From contig CBDIIB010000005.1 in NCBI GenBank assembly GCA_965279525.1, positions 160,001 through 224,000 of the forward strand: a stretch of DNA of 64,000 nucleotides, in the 5' to 3' direction. This document shows, piece after piece, positions 63,907-64,000 of this stretch. Both the position numbers and the translations under genes were made by a program. The notes below the pieces were generated by a model. That model was not told the DNA's origin and searched no databases. It saw only the letters and a list, made by a program, of their open reading frames with translations. Positions within the stretch are counted from its first letter, which is position 1, and every line of letters starts with the position of its first letter. This DNA is from Tagaea sp. (GTDB taxonomy: Bacteria; Pseudomonadota; Alphaproteobacteria; CACIAM-22H2).

Positions 63907-64000
63907 TCAGGGTGCGGCGGGCGGTTCCCAACCTTTCGCCGCCATCTCGAATCCGCCGAACTCGAACGCCGGGCCCACCGTGCAGCCCGCGAGCGTCCAG
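63907..64000 (-). CDS. cupin DUF985 family protein, 3' end only
   Basis: WTLAGCTVGPAFEFGGFEMA..GWEP then stop. Confidence 0.75.
   Translation of the reverse strand, partial: WTLAGCTVGPAFEFGGFEMAAKGWEPPAAP

Overview
GC-rich (roughly 68-70% by eye) alphaproteobacterial chromosome segment, probably Rhodospirillales-like. It is mostly core genes: argB, dapD-dapE, def-fmt-truA, phasin, rfaD-lgt-MidA-pgeF, ubiK, proC, prs-rplY-pth-ychF, petABC, trmL-hemF, cca, a peptide ABC transporter and the MoxR-DUF58-BatA/DUF4159 cluster. Accessory genes are interspersed. No rRNA, tRNA, CRISPR array or transposase was seen. Clear non-coding features are a yybP-ykoY Mn riboswitch, REP-type palindromes, two intrinsic terminators and putative FNR and PhaR boxes. 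Best leads: (1) an orphan candidate ncRNA with a sigma70 promoter, boxA-like motif and five hairpins between a cyanuric-acid-hydrolase gene and truA; (2) a translationally coupled mtnP-aldolase/SDR-VOC operon, a possible variant MTA/5'-deoxyadenosine salvage route; (3) a small-terminase-like HTH gene with palindromes and IHF-like sites in its 3' end, divergent from a lower-GC UvrD/HelD helicase with an inserted PD-(D/E)xK-like domain; (4) a lipoprotein serine protease-TraT-lipoprotein cassette; (5) a frameshifted hemF next to a nonsense-interrupted PilZ-bearing chemoreceptor. All calls come from motif recognition by eye; no database searches were run.
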